Source of the DNA: Candidatus Bathyarchaeota archaeon
Lineage (GTDB): Archaea > Thermoproteota > Bathyarchaeia > Bathyarchaeales > Bathycorpusculaceae
Length of the DNA stretch: 64,000 nucleotides
NCBI GenBank assembly: GCA_963775685.1
Contig: CAVZJV010000014.1
Location: 2,240,001-2,304,000 of the forward strand
Direction of reading: 5' to 3'
Shown: one piece after another, positions 10,143-20,897 of the stretch
Position numbering within the stretch: position 1 is the first letter of the stretch
Layout: each line of letters starts with the position of its first letter
Notes under the pieces: model-generated
Databases searched by the model: none
Told to the model about the DNA's origin: nothing
The model's input: the letters and a program-made list of their open reading frames with translations, nothing else
Program-made: the position numbers and the translations under genes

Positions 10143-11219
10143 ATGCACAAGAAACTCTTAATTCCCGGTCCAACCGAAGTAAGCAAAGAAATCCTAGATG
10201 AACAGACCCATTTCCTAATTGGTCACAGAGAAAAAGAGTTCTCCGACCTCTACGGCGGAATAACCGACAAAATAGCCAAGTTTTTCCAACTAACCGCCGA
10301 TTATAAACCCACCGTAACCACCTCTTCAGGTACATTGTGGTTTGATATAATCGGTCGAAGTATCGTAAAACAGAACGCTTTAGCATGCGTTAATGGTGCT
10401 TTCTCACAACGGGCTGCGCAAACCCTTGCTGCATGTGGCAAAGAAACAGATGTTTTAGAAGTTGAAATGGGGAAGGCAATCAAACCTGAAATGGTTGCTG
10501 AAAAACTTGCTAGTAGAAAATACGACACACTGTCTGTTTGCCACAACGAAACCTCCACAGGCGTAAGAAACCCGATTGCTGAAATCGGCAAAATGGTTCG
10601 CAAAGAATATCCGGATATAATATTTGCCGTGGATGCTGTCTCTTCGATGGCTGGCGACAAAACTTTGCCCTCAGAATTTAATTGTGATATCCTGTTTGGT
10701 TCAACCCAAAAATGTTTCGCGCTCCCACCTGGCTTAGCAGTTGCACTCGTAAACGACAAAGCAATTGAGCGCGCCAAACAGGTCCCCAGCAGAGGAGCAT
10801 ACACCGACTTGGTGGACATCATTGAATTTGAAAAAAAACACCAAACTCCCTTCACCCCAAACATCCCGTTGCTCTATGCGTTAAACAAACGCATGGACCT
10901 CTTACTGGAGGAAAGCTACGACAAAGTTTACCAACGCCACAAAGACATGGCAACTTATACCCAGCAATGGGCGAAGAAGCATTTTACGATGTTTCCTGAA
11001 GAAGGATACGAATCAATAACCGTTAGTTGCATAAGCAACACCTTGGGCAAAAACGTCAAAGAACTCAATCAGAAACTCGCCGAAAAAGGCTACATGATTT
11101 CCGGAGGTTATGGCAAAATGGCTGAGAAAACCTTCCGCATCGGACATATGGGCGAGTGGAACCTTGCAGGAATCAAGGAAGTCATAGGGTTAATTGATCA
11201 GATTTGGGGATTAAAGTGA
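10143..11219 (+). CDS. Class V PLP aminotransferase (serine-pyruvate/phosphoserine type)
   Basis: LLIPGPT, HNETSTG, DAVSS, STQKCFALPPG, FRIGHMG. Confidence 0.9.
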   Translation: MHKKLLIPGPTEVSKEILDEQTHFLIGHREKEFSDLYGGITDKIAKFFQLTADYKPTVTTSSGTLWFDIIGRSIVKQNALACVNGAFSQRAAQTLAACGKETDVLEVEMGKAIKPEMVAEKLASRKYDTLSVCHNETSTGVRNPIAEIGKMVRKEYPDIIFAVDAVSSMAGDKTLPSEFNCDILFGSTQKCFALPPGLAVALVNDKAIERAKQVPSRGAYTDLVDIIEFEKKHQTPFTPNIPLLYALNKRMDLLLEESYDKVYQRHKDMATYTQQWAKKHFTMFPEEGYESITVSCISNTLGKNVKELNQKLAEKGYMISGGYGKMAEKTFRIGHMGEWNLAGIKEVIGLIDQIWGLK

Positions 11220-12112
11220 CCATTAAAATCCTCGTAAGCGACAAAATATTTGTCGAAGGCATCAGGCTTCTAGAAAAAAAAGGTTATAAAGTTACCTGCG
11301 CATGGGACAGCCCAAAAGCTGAGCTTCCAAAAATTATCGCAGACTATGACGTGTTAATCGTTCGTTCAGCAACCAAAGTCAAAGGCGAATTGCTTGACAA
11401 CGCCAAAAAACTCCGCATTATCGGTCGTGCAGGTGAAGGATTAGACAACATTGATTATGAGCGAGCCAATAAAATGGGCATCCAACTTGTGAATACACCC
11501 CACGTTTCATACGCGAGCGTTGCTGAGTTAACCATTGGTCACTTGTTGGCGCTGGCAAGAAACATCGTTCAGGGCACAACAAGTTTGCGTGAGGGCAAGT
11601 GGGAAAAAGAAGAATTAATGGGCAACGAGGTAAATGGCAAAACTTTGGGCGTTATCGGCTGCGGATACATAGGCAAAACCGTTGAGCGATTAGCTTTGGC
11701 TTTGGGCATGAAGGTTTTGCCCGTAGAGGAATGTGTCTATGATCGATTTGTTCCTCTTGGCGAGATGTTGCCCCAAGCAGACTTCATAACAATACATGTT
11801 CCATTAACCCCGCATACAAAACACATGATTTCCACAAAAGAATTTAATCTCATGAAAAAAGGCGCTATGTTGATTGACTGTTCGCGCGGAGGTGTAGTGG
11901 ATCAAGAAGCCCTCTACCAAGCCATCGTTTCAGGCAAAGTTGCTGGCGCTGCACTAGACGTTTTTGAAGAGGAACCCCCCAAAAACAGCAAACTCCTTAC
12001 TCTAAACAACGTGATTGCCACGCCACATATGGGTGCCCAGACTAATGAAGCACAGCTGAAGGCAAGCATACAAATAGCTAACGCAGTTATTGAAGCTCTG
12101 GAAAAAAAGTGA
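11216..12112 (+). CDS. serA: D-3-phosphoglycerate dehydrogenase (no ACT domain)
   Basis: VRSATKV, GLDNID, GCGYIG, SRGGVVD, DVFEEEP, TPHMGAQT. Confidence 0.85.
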   Translation: MTIKILVSDKIFVEGIRLLEKKGYKVTCAWDSPKAELPKIIADYDVLIVRSATKVKGELLDNAKKLRIIGRAGEGLDNIDYERANKMGIQLVNTPHVSYASVAELTIGHLLALARNIVQGTTSLREGKWEKEELMGNEVNGKTLGVIGCGYIGKTVERLALALGMKVLPVEECVYDRFVPLGEMLPQADFITIHVPLTPHTKHMISTKEFNLMKKGAMLIDCSRGGVVDQEALYQAIVSGKVAGAALDVFEEEPPKNSKLLTLNNVIATPHMGAQTNEAQLKASIQIANAVIEALEKK

Positions 12113-12122
12113 GTTGAGCGGT

Positions 12123-13400
12123 TTGGTAGAAATTAGACCCTTCAAAGCCTTGCGCTACACTCAAAAAGCTGGCGAAGCAGAGAGCCTTATCACGCAACCA
12201 TATGACAAAATTGATTCTCAGATGCAAAAAGAGTACTATGAGAAGTCGCCTTACAATTATTGCCGTTTAATTTTGCCTATAGAAGAAGATAAGTATGAAG
12301 TCGCAAACAAACGCATCATGGGGTGGTTAAAAGAAGGCATAATAGCTAAAGAAAACCAACCAGTAATCTTTGTATCGCGTCAAGAATTCGCTCTTGACGG
12401 CAAGAAGTTTCAGCGGACAGGCATAATTGCTGCTCTGAAACTTTACCCTTACAGCGAAAACAAGGTGTTCCCGCATGAAGCGACCTACAGGGCGCCAAAG
12501 GCTGACCGCTTAAACATGCTGCGCACAGTTCAAAAAGATCTAGAATCCGTGTTTTTGATGTATCAGGACCCAGAGGGTGACACCAAAACTTTTCTGGATG
12601 AAGCAAAGAAAACTGAACCCCTAATTCAAGTTACTGATGCTTTGAATGTTAGGCACACCGTTTGGAAGATAACTGAGATAGAGAAAATCAAGCAGTTGCA
12701 AAAGGTCTTGAGCTCCAAAACCATGGTGATAAACGACGGGCATCACCGTTACGAGAGTGCTTTGGCTTATCGAAACGAAATGCGCAACAAAGGCAGCTGG
12801 ACAGAGGATTCAGCCTTCAACTTCCAAATGAGCTACTTCGTGCCTGTTCAAGAAGAAGGACTGGTTGTCTTGCCAACTCACAGGTTACTGAAAAACTACA
12901 CGCTTACTGATGATTTGGTACATGCTTTCAAGTTTTTCTTCGACATGGAAGACGTTGAACCCAAAGTTGAGTCATTAGAGAATTTTCTTAAGACCCATAT
13001 TGACGAGCACGCTTTCTGCGTTTATGACGGTTCAAAGGCATATGGTTTATTGTTAAAGCATGATAAAGCAGTGTACGAGTTCGTTGATGCTAATGTTTCG
13101 AAGGAGACAAAAATCTTTGATGTAGTTATACTAAGAGACCTAGTTTTTAGGTTTATTCTTAAAACTGGCGAGTTAAGCATGGATGAGAACATCCTCTATG
13201 TACGCTGGACTAAGGCAGCTGTGGAGAAAATTAACCGTGGCGAAGCAAGTATCGCATTCCTGGTTAACCCGATTAGTGCGAAAACAGTTGCAGAAATAGC
13301 GCAACAACACGAACTCTTGCCTGAGAAAAGCACGGATTTTTATCCAAAGCTGGCGTCTGGCTTTATGATGATGGATATTTCTGCTAGCGAAAACCTCTAA
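12123..13400 (+). CDS. DUF1015 family protein
   Basis: IRPFKALRY, PYDKI, PHEAT, DGHHRYE, PEKSTDFYPKL. Confidence 0.9.
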   Translation: MVEIRPFKALRYTQKAGEAESLITQPYDKIDSQMQKEYYEKSPYNYCRLILPIEEDKYEVANKRIMGWLKEGIIAKENQPVIFVSRQEFALDGKKFQRTGIIAALKLYPYSENKVFPHEATYRAPKADRLNMLRTVQKDLESVFLMYQDPEGDTKTFLDEAKKTEPLIQVTDALNVRHTVWKITEIEKIKQLQKVLSSKTMVINDGHHRYESALAYRNEMRNKGSWTEDSAFNFQMSYFVPVQEEGLVVLPTHRLLKNYTLTDDLVHAFKFFFDMEDVEPKVESLENFLKTHIDEHAFCVYDGSKAYGLLLKHDKAVYEFVDANVSKETKIFDVVILRDLVFRFILKTGELSMDENILYVRWTKAAVEKINRGEASIAFLVNPISAKTVAEIAQQHELLPEKSTDFYPKLASGFMMMDISASENL

Positions 13401-13491
13401 ACGCATTTTTGGTTTTAGCTCTTTCTTGTTAAAAACAATTATTAAGTGATTGATAGAAACTGAAAGCCAATCATAAAAAAGAGGAGAAAAA

Positions 13492-14206
13492 ATGATTGAA
13501 ACAGAACAAATTTCATTACCTATTTCACCCACAAAAAAATACGTTGCTGAATTGATTGAAACAATGGTGCTGGTGCTGATTGGCTGCGGTAGCGCGGTGA
13601 TTGCAGGTTACGCCATTGGATTCTCTGGTATAGCTTTTGCTTTCGGACTTGCTGTGTTAGCTATGGTTTACGCAATAGGCGCAATTTCCGGTTGTCACAT
13701 TAACCCGGCAATTTCAATATCAATGTTGGTTGCAGGAAAACTAACTGCAAAAGATACGGCGTTCTACATCGTTTCTCAATGTGCAGGCGCTATCATCGGT
13801 GCAGGCATACTCTACGCAATAGCTGTTGGAAACCCATCGTTTAATTTAGCGATAAGTGGTTTAGGTCAAAACGGTTATGACCTAGCATCTCCTGCCCGTT
13901 ACTCTTTGGCATCTGGCATTAATTGCTGAAATTGTCTTAACGTTCATATTCGTTTTCGTTGTCCATGGCTCCACCAGCGAACGCGCACCTAAAGGATTTG
14001 CAGGCTTAGCAATCGGCTTAACCCTTGTGCTGATCCACCTTGTTGCGATACCTATTGATGGTACATCCGTTAACCCTGCAAGAAGCTTGGGACCAGCACT
14101 CTTTGCGGGCACCACAGCGTTAAGTCAACTTTGGCTGTTTATTGTGGCACCAATAATAGGTGGAATTCTAGCGGCGGTCGTCTGGAAATTCTTCAAGCAA
14201 AATTAA
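13492..14206 (+). CDS. aqpZ: Aquaporin (MIP family), frameshift at ~13920
   Basis: SGCHINPA in the first frame; [12 protein letters not shown] in the second. Confidence 0.9.
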
Positions 14207-14243
14207 AAAAATGTATTTTCTTTTTTTATTTTTTTTAGAAAGA

Positions 14244-14390
14244 TTATTTTACAAATTTGGTTGCGTGCCGTTTGAACCGTTTTTTGCAAACTAGGCTGCA
14301 AAAATAGTATGTTTCGCCGTCATAAGAAATTTTGAATTTAGCTGTGTTCTCATCTAGCACCGTTCCGCAAACTGGATCTCTCATTGACAT
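14244..14390 (-). CDS. YHS-domain protein (48 aa, not in the ORF track)
   Basis: MSMRDPVCG...YDGETYYFCSLVCKKRF. Confidence 0.85.
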   Translation of the reverse strand: MSMRDPVCGTVLDENTAKFKISYDGETYYFCSLVCKKRFKRHATKFVK

Positions 14391-14762
14391 TACTTGTAAG
14401 TAACCCTCAGAGACAAGATTCTCGTTTCTGCCTATTATGGTTAGTGGTGGTGCAAACAGAAAGCAACGGGGCTCTATCTTCTGTTGCTCTTTTTTTTCTT
14501 TAGAACTCTTATATACCTGGGGATTTGTGCCATGTTGGAAGAGTTACGTCCTCTCTTAGGTGACCCTTTCCGTTATGATGGGGAATTCATTCCGACAGAG
14601 TACTGATCGAAAAAATGGCAAAAGTAATTTTAACTTTTTTGTTGAGTCAAACGAGCAGTAAATATTGTCTTTCTCATCGACTACTTATGAATTGTAGAAC
14701 AAATTATTCAATACGTTGCAAAAGGTCGATACATATTAAATAGCTATAAAAAAAAATTCGGA

Positions 14763-15023
14763 TTAGTCATCTTCTGCGTCTGCTTTAGCTAACTCGACTG
14801 AAACTGAGTCGTCGTGGCTAACAGCGTTTTTGCGTGTTTGTTTTTTGCTTGGTGGTTCATCTTCTCTTCCCCTCATGAAGCCTTCTTCAGCAACGGTTAT
14901 CTCGTCGTCGTCCAGCATTTCTTCTCTTTCTTTTGAGTTGTATATGTCGTCAGTTTCTTCTGTTCTGTCAGCCGCTTCTCCAGAAAAGAAGTGCGGCTTG
15001 GGTTTTTTTTTGGCTTGACTCAT
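14763..15023 (-). CDS. Small acidic hypothetical protein
   Basis: 86-aa ORF with GGAG SD; REEMLDDDEITVAEEGFMRG. Confidence 0.7.
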   Translation of the reverse strand: MSQAKKKPKPHFFSGEAADRTEETDDIYNSKEREEMLDDDEITVAEEGFMRGREDEPPSKKQTRKNAVSHDDSVSVELAKADAEDD

Positions 15024-15373
15024 TCTTTATTCTCTCCTTTGTAAGCTTTCAAGCTAATGTTTTACGACTCAACTTGTGCTTTCAACTGCTTTTATGAGTA
15101 TGTGATTGCGGCTTGACAGTCACAATAGTTTCTCTTATCCTGTTAACTTACTTCATAGTTTTTATGTTTTTAATTCTGTTCATCGCAAAAAAAATTTAAT
15201 TAGCCGAAAATTCTGTATTTTTTGGTGGCAAACTGCATGTTTTTATGATAAAACACTAATTTCAATGTGTCTTTGCTTGAAATCTTGCTAAACCTTTTTA
15301 TACGCGCCAACCCATTTTTGGGCTGTCACATTAATCATGCTATCACCAAAGCTTTGAAGCTTTTAGAGACATC

Positions 15374-16561
15374 ATGAAAAATCCTGTGGCAGAAGAAACA
15401 AAAAGTATGCAAATTCAATCATTTAAGGACTTGCCATTATCAGGAGAAGTCCTAAAAAGTATAGAAGAACTCGGGTTTGATAGTCTTTTTCCAATTCAAG
15501 CTCAAGCAATAATTCCCTTGCTCGAAGGCAAAGATGTTGTCGGGCAAGCACAAACTGGAACAGGGAAGACAGCCGCATTCGGCATACCCATGGTTCAACG
15601 TTTAAACCGTGAAATCCGCGGCGTTCAAGGACTAATTTTGGTTCCAACCCGCGAGTTAGCCGTGCAAGTAGCTGAACAAATGGGGCTTTTTGCAAAATAC
15701 GCAAAACTGAAGGTTTTAGCCGTTTACGGTGGGGAATCAATCAACAAGCAAATCCACTCACTATCCAGTGGAGTCCACATAGTTGTAGGCACACCGGGAA
15801 GGTTAATCGACCTTATGGAAAGGCGCGTTCTGAATCTTTCGTCCGTGAGGATAGCGGTTCTTGACGAAGCTGATCGAATGCTTGACATGGGCTTCACTGA
15901 AGATGTTGAGTTTATTCTCTCAAAAACCCCTAGAGACCGCCAAACCAGCTTATTCTCCGCCACCATCGATGAATCAGTCATGCGCGTCTGCAACAAATAC
16001 ATGAAAAATCCGCAGAAGATTCTTGTTAGCAAAGATGAAATCGCTCTCACCCAGATGAAACAACTCTACACCGTTGTCAACCAAAATGGCAAATTTGGTA
16101 CATTATGCGACATCCTTCATGATGACCGAGTGGATAAAGCTATAATTTTCTGTCGGACTCGAAGAGAAACCAGTAGACTCTCAGACCAGCTCTACCGCAA
16201 AGGCTGCCGTGTGCAAGCACTCCATGCAGGTTTCACGCAAGCCCAAAGGGACCGTGCAATCAACGATTTCCGATGTGGCCGAACAAACTTGCTCGTAGCA
16301 ACCGATGTTGCTGCAAGGGGTTTAGACATCGAAGGCATAACTCACATAATCAACTATGACGTACCCAATGACCCACCAGTATATTTCCATCGCATTGGCA
16401 GAACCGCACGCAAAGGCGAAGAAGGAACAGCAATTACACTTGTAAGCTACGGTGAAATGTCAAACTTTAACAACATCAAATGTTTGACTAAGACCAGAAT
16501 CGAAGAAGTCAAATCCGCAACCGCCACAAAAGACGAATCGCCAATCCAAAGCTTCTATTAA
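15374..16561 (+). CDS. DEAD-box RNA helicase
   Basis: Q motif, GTGKT, PTRELA, TPGR, DEAD, SAT, ARGLD, HRIGRTAR. Confidence 0.97.
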   Translation: MKNPVAEETKSMQIQSFKDLPLSGEVLKSIEELGFDSLFPIQAQAIIPLLEGKDVVGQAQTGTGKTAAFGIPMVQRLNREIRGVQGLILVPTRELAVQVAEQMGLFAKYAKLKVLAVYGGESINKQIHSLSSGVHIVVGTPGRLIDLMERRVLNLSSVRIAVLDEADRMLDMGFTEDVEFILSKTPRDRQTSLFSATIDESVMRVCNKYMKNPQKILVSKDEIALTQMKQLYTVVNQNGKFGTLCDILHDDRVDKAIIFCRTRRETSRLSDQLYRKGCRVQALHAGFTQAQRDRAINDFRCGRTNLLVATDVAARGLDIEGITHIINYDVPNDPPVYFHRIGRTARKGEEGTAITLVSYGEMSNFNNIKCLTKTRIEEVKSATATKDESPIQSFY

Positions 16562-16646
16562 GGAGCTTTTTTCACTTTTCTTATTTTTTTCTTTTTGATT
16601 GTTATTTCATTAAACTTAAAAGTCCATCACCCCTTATTGTTGAGTT

Positions 16647-17576
16647 ATGAGCAAACTCTTAGGGCGCCTGTTTCAGGGCTTAGTTGGGTTTACAAATAAG
16701 AGTTTGATAAAAAACCTCATTGTAACTACCCTTGTTATCCTTTTGATATTTGTCCAAATCTTCTTTCCTTATCAGTATTATGCGTCAGCAGACAAAAACG
16801 GGAGTTCCCCCTTCCAAGTCGGAATTCACTATGTGTATGAGCAGGATGAGCTTGACCAGATATATAGCCAAGTTAGCCGTATCCACGACTTAGGTTTCAA
16901 AGCCATTCGGATAACGCTTGAATGTGATCCGGCCGATTACAATCACATCCAAAACCAGAAAACCGACATGTTCTTTTCCGCCACTGATAATTACGGTATC
17001 GCTGTGGCGCTTGTGGTCAAAAACCTTGAGTTAACCGACAAGGTGGACTATTACCTTAATCGTTGGGGGAGTCATCTCAAATACATCCAAGTTATGAATG
17101 AGCCAGAATCGTCCTCAACATGGTCTGTTGGTTCAATATTTACTGATGACGAAATAATCACCAACTTTGAAACACTATACAAAACTGTTGAGGCGCATAA
17201 TCTTCCAGCCCAACTCTACACAAACTTCGGAATCGGATACCTTATACGAAGCAATGTGCCAATCGAGATAAGTAAAAAACTTGATTTCGTCGGTTTAGAT
17301 GTCTTTATGGATTCATTTCTCGTGGTGTCACCGCATATAATTCAGAATTTGCATAAAATAACTAATAGAGATGTGCTGATAACGGAGTTTGGCATGTCAA
17401 CAGGCAACAGCCAAGCTCAAAGCGACTTCATCATAAAAGGGCTCAACCTCTTTAAGAGTATGGGGCTTAAGGGCTGCTGGTTGGTTTATTGGAATAGCGC
17501 ATTTGACAGTTATGGAATTCGAGATAGGCCCTCGGAACAAGCGGTAGGCGACTGGATTGCTAAAAATGCTAACTGA
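16647..17576 (+). CDS. Membrane-anchored clan GH-A glycoside hydrolase-like protein
   Basis: N-terminal TM helix; QVMNEP acid/base and VLITEFG nucleophile motifs. Confidence 0.65.
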   Translation: MSKLLGRLFQGLVGFTNKSLIKNLIVTTLVILLIFVQIFFPYQYYASADKNGSSPFQVGIHYVYEQDELDQIYSQVSRIHDLGFKAIRITLECDPADYNHIQNQKTDMFFSATDNYGIAVALVVKNLELTDKVDYYLNRWGSHLKYIQVMNEPESSSTWSVGSIFTDDEIITNFETLYKTVEAHNLPAQLYTNFGIGYLIRSNVPIEISKKLDFVGLDVFMDSFLVVSPHIIQNLHKITNRDVLITEFGMSTGNSQAQSDFIIKGLNLFKSMGLKGCWLVYWNSAFDSYGIRDRPSEQAVGDWIAKNAN

Positions 17577-18009
17577 AAATAAACTGCTTAGCTACGTTCG
17601 GAGTTTGCGGTTAGTGGTAAAACTGCTCATTCAAGGCTTAGCTTTAGCCATCGTGTTACTCGTTGTCCAGACACAATTAGATGGTGCACGGCAGTCTTTT
17701 ATGTCCTATATGCCGCCGATTGGGCTTGCTCTTCTACTATTCACTACATACCTAGTTCAGCCAATACTTCTGGGCGTATTAAACATCGTACTCATAAACA
17801 TGTTCTATGGCACCAAGGGTTGGCAAGTGGGCTTTTGGTTAAACGGCATCTTTCTGCTGCTTGTGTTCTCAACCGTTAACCTTTTGCTACAAACCGTGCT
17901 AAATATCTCCTTTACCGCAACAGCCATTGTTGACGTTGTTTTGCTGGCGTTTCCGTTTGGATGCATAGCAAGGTTCAGCAACGGCGGATGGAAAAAACCT
18001 ATAGACTAA
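17557..18009 (+). CDS. Four-TM membrane protein
   Basis: Hydrophobic ORF overlapping the upstream gene. Confidence 0.65.
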   Translation: MLKMLTENKLLSYVRSLRLVVKLLIQGLALAIVLLVVQTQLDGARQSFMSYMPPIGLALLLFTTYLVQPILLGVLNIVLINMFYGTKGWQVGFWLNGIFLLLVFSTVNLLLQTVLNISFTATAIVDVVLLAFPFGCIARFSNGGWKKPID

Positions 18010-18106
18010 AGATATATTGACTTGATTGGGAACCTATTTTTATTTGAAATTGCTATTGGGGTAGTGAAAGCAGCTTTCAAACGCTTAATGGTTTGGTGGG
18101 TCTTAT

Positions 18107-19309
18107 TTGAGGAGATTGATTGGTTTGGTCCTGGCAGTTATCCTTATCGTATCCTCAGTTTTTGCCACTATACACTTTCTAAACATTAACCAGCCCCCAG
18201 CATATCAGAAAGCAGGTTTTCATGTGGGCGTCTCTTTTTGTGGTAACACAACTGCAGAAGCCAAACTTCTCATAGACAGAGTGAAAACTTATACCAACCT
18301 CTTTGTTGTGCAGTCTGGTCCGGTTAGCGTCAACGAAACCGCTATGAACGAAATAGTCAATTATGCTGTTGATTCCAAGTTGGATGTTATTGTTTTCTTT
18401 GGTTATTTCTACCCTAACATAACCTGGCAAATACCTTGGCTTGACTATGCTAAGCAGCAGTGGGGGAACAAGTTTTTGGGTATTTATCTTAATGACGAAC
18501 CTGCGGGACAAACAATTGACGCAAACTGGAACAGCTACTTTATTCAACAGAAAATTCGCAATTCCTCAGCTTACTACACGCATGTGCCAGAAATTGACCT
18601 TCAACTCAACGGCACCCTGCCTCCTGATAATAATGAGGCTACCCTTCATTTTCTCGATGCTGTCGAAACAAGTTTAGGACTAAACCAGTTGGAAAGCCGC
18701 GAAATCCCCTCTTTCACCTCTGACTATGTCCTCTACTGGTTTGATTTCAAAGGCGGCTACGACACCTTATTTGCCGAGTTTGGTTCGAACGCAAGCATAG
18801 TCCAAAACATAGCGTTGAACAGAGGTGCGGCGCGGCTGCAGAACAAAACTTGGGGAACCATAATAACTTGGACCTACAACCAACCACCCTACATAGTGGA
18901 CGGCACAGAAATGTACAACCAACTCATAACCGCCTACAAGTCGGGTTCAAAATATGCCGTAATCTTTGACTACCCACAAATAGAAGGCAACCCTTACGGA
19001 ATCCTAACCGACCAACATTTTATTGCGTTGGAGACTTTCTGGAACAAAATACAGACTCTCCCCGTCAACGACCCGCCCAAGGCAGTTTTGGTTTTGCCAC
19101 ATGATTACGGCTGGGGCATGAGAATGCCACAGGAACCTGTTTGGGGACTGTGGGCTCCAGACAATACTTCGGCGCAAATATGGAACATAACCCAGAACCT
19201 CTTAGCTCAATACCGTACAGGAGTGGACATAATCTATGAAGATGCACAGTTTCCGGTAGAAGGAAAAGGATACCAACAGGTTTACTACTGGAACCAAACC
19301 CTGTCATAG
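18107..19309 (+). CDS. Membrane-anchored conserved hypothetical protein (possible GH-like barrel)
   Basis: N-terminal anchor, YLNDEP, RGAA..WGTIITW, LPHDYGWG. Confidence 0.75.
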   Translation: MRRLIGLVLAVILIVSSVFATIHFLNINQPPAYQKAGFHVGVSFCGNTTAEAKLLIDRVKTYTNLFVVQSGPVSVNETAMNEIVNYAVDSKLDVIVFFGYFYPNITWQIPWLDYAKQQWGNKFLGIYLNDEPAGQTIDANWNSYFIQQKIRNSSAYYTHVPEIDLQLNGTLPPDNNEATLHFLDAVETSLGLNQLESREIPSFTSDYVLYWFDFKGGYDTLFAEFGSNASIVQNIALNRGAARLQNKTWGTIITWTYNQPPYIVDGTEMYNQLITAYKSGSKYAVIFDYPQIEGNPYGILTDQHFIALETFWNKIQTLPVNDPPKAVLVLPHDYGWGMRMPQEPVWGLWAPDNTSAQIWNITQNLLAQYRTGVDIIYEDAQFPVEGKGYQQVYYWNQTLS

Positions 19310-19413
19310 GTAGTCTAGGGCTTTGCCTTCAACTAGAATTGATTATGTTCTAAACTGGCAGGGTTCTAATCTGAGAAGCGTCTGTAAATGGAACCAAGCG
19401 TTAACAGGAATAT

Positions 19414-20662
19414 TCAATACGAATCAACAAGGTAGGGTTTTAGTTTTGCGAAGACCTTGATTTCTTCTCTTATTTTTTCTTCAGCTTGGTCTCGTTCCAT
19501 ATCCCATGTTTCTTTCATGAAAACAGCAACTCTACCGATCCAAAGTATTCTTAGTGCATCCAACAATATTACTGCGGCTCTGGGTTCTTTGTGTTCTCTG
19601 TGGAATGCTTGCGATAAACGTGTAGACTGTTTTTGCCCAGATCTCTGAAGGAAAGTCAACTTTAGATAATTCAAGTTTTTTTAACTCTTCAAATTTGGTT
19701 TGAATGTCTTTACTTAATAGTGACCTATAAGTAGGAGCATAATTGTCATAGTTGGATTTAAACGCATTAATCGTGTTCGACAAAGAAACGTTAACTGGTT
19801 TGGGAACACTATCATATTTGTCTTCACCGATCTTTTCTGTCTCGGCGATGCCGCTGATTTTTTTCCAAACTGGCTCGTAATTCTCTATGCATGTGAACAT
19901 GGTACCCGTTACTTGCCTGAACATGCCAGCTAGTTGGCTAGATGGGTCTTTGGGGTCATGTTCTTTTATCCCTAAAGATGCCTCCGTAATTTTGAATCCT
20001 TTTGCCAATGCGGTATGAGTTTCAAAGATGTCTATCCCAAAGCGGCTTACATAAGGATAATCCCACATGGGCGAATCTAAAATCTCTTCTATTAGTCTCC
20101 TTGATAGGCCAAAGTCTCCTCCTATTGGTTGTCTAACGTTTTTGCCAAAAAGAGATGCCGTTAGTGGGTAACAAAGGAAATTCGTAATAGTTCCGTCGTA
20201 TTTGCTTCGATTATATAAGGGAGCTACAAAATCAGTTCCTGTCATTGTAGGCGCAATTAGTAACTTTATCCACTCGGGTGTTATGCTCCGCAGATCGGAA
20301 TCAACAAGCGCTACACTTTTTACCTGAAGGTAGCGAGCTGCCTCGAAAATTGCTTGTACTGCTGTTCCTTTTCCCGAGGCTCCAATGTAAATAGTTGGAA
20401 TTAACTTGATATTGGCTGATTGTATATCGATTTTTTTAACTGAGGTCAATGTTTCATCGCCAGACCCGCCGTCTGAAACAAAAATCACGGACTTATAGTC
20501 TGGAAAATGTTTATCCAACCCCTCAACGATCTGAGATACCACATAGTTTGCGGTAACTACGTTGTTGTAGGAAGGCATGCCCACAAGAATATCTGCGGTG
20601 CTTATTTCCTGCAAATACTTGGAGGCTTTATTGGAAGAAATTAAGCTTACATCTTTGTTCAT
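19414..20662 (-). CDS. GT2 glycosyltransferase, glucosylglycerate/mannosylglycerate synthase-like; frameshift at ~19610
   Basis: SDGGSGD, GKGTA, DSDLRSITPEW, KYDGTITN, RQPIGGDFG, FGIDI; C-terminus in ORF 19414-19674. Confidence 0.8.
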
Positions 20663-20897
20663 TGTTACCACCCGCCTAAAAATCCTCATTAATAGTTCAT
20701 AAAATTTGCTCTAAAATGTATACTTGAACTATGTGCGCGCTTGAATGACTCATCATTAATGCAGACAACTCTTTTTTTACATTTGTATGCAGATATTTGA
20801 AACCAGTATCAAATTACTATAACGCGGGTTTTTTATGATACAAACTCTCCGAAACTTTTATACATAATTTTTCCCATTTAACTATTGGTGCCAGATT

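Noticed and set aside
14575-14606. Possible C/D box sRNA (ATGATGG...CTGA)
   Set aside because: Imperfect C box, span too short, no C'/D' boxes
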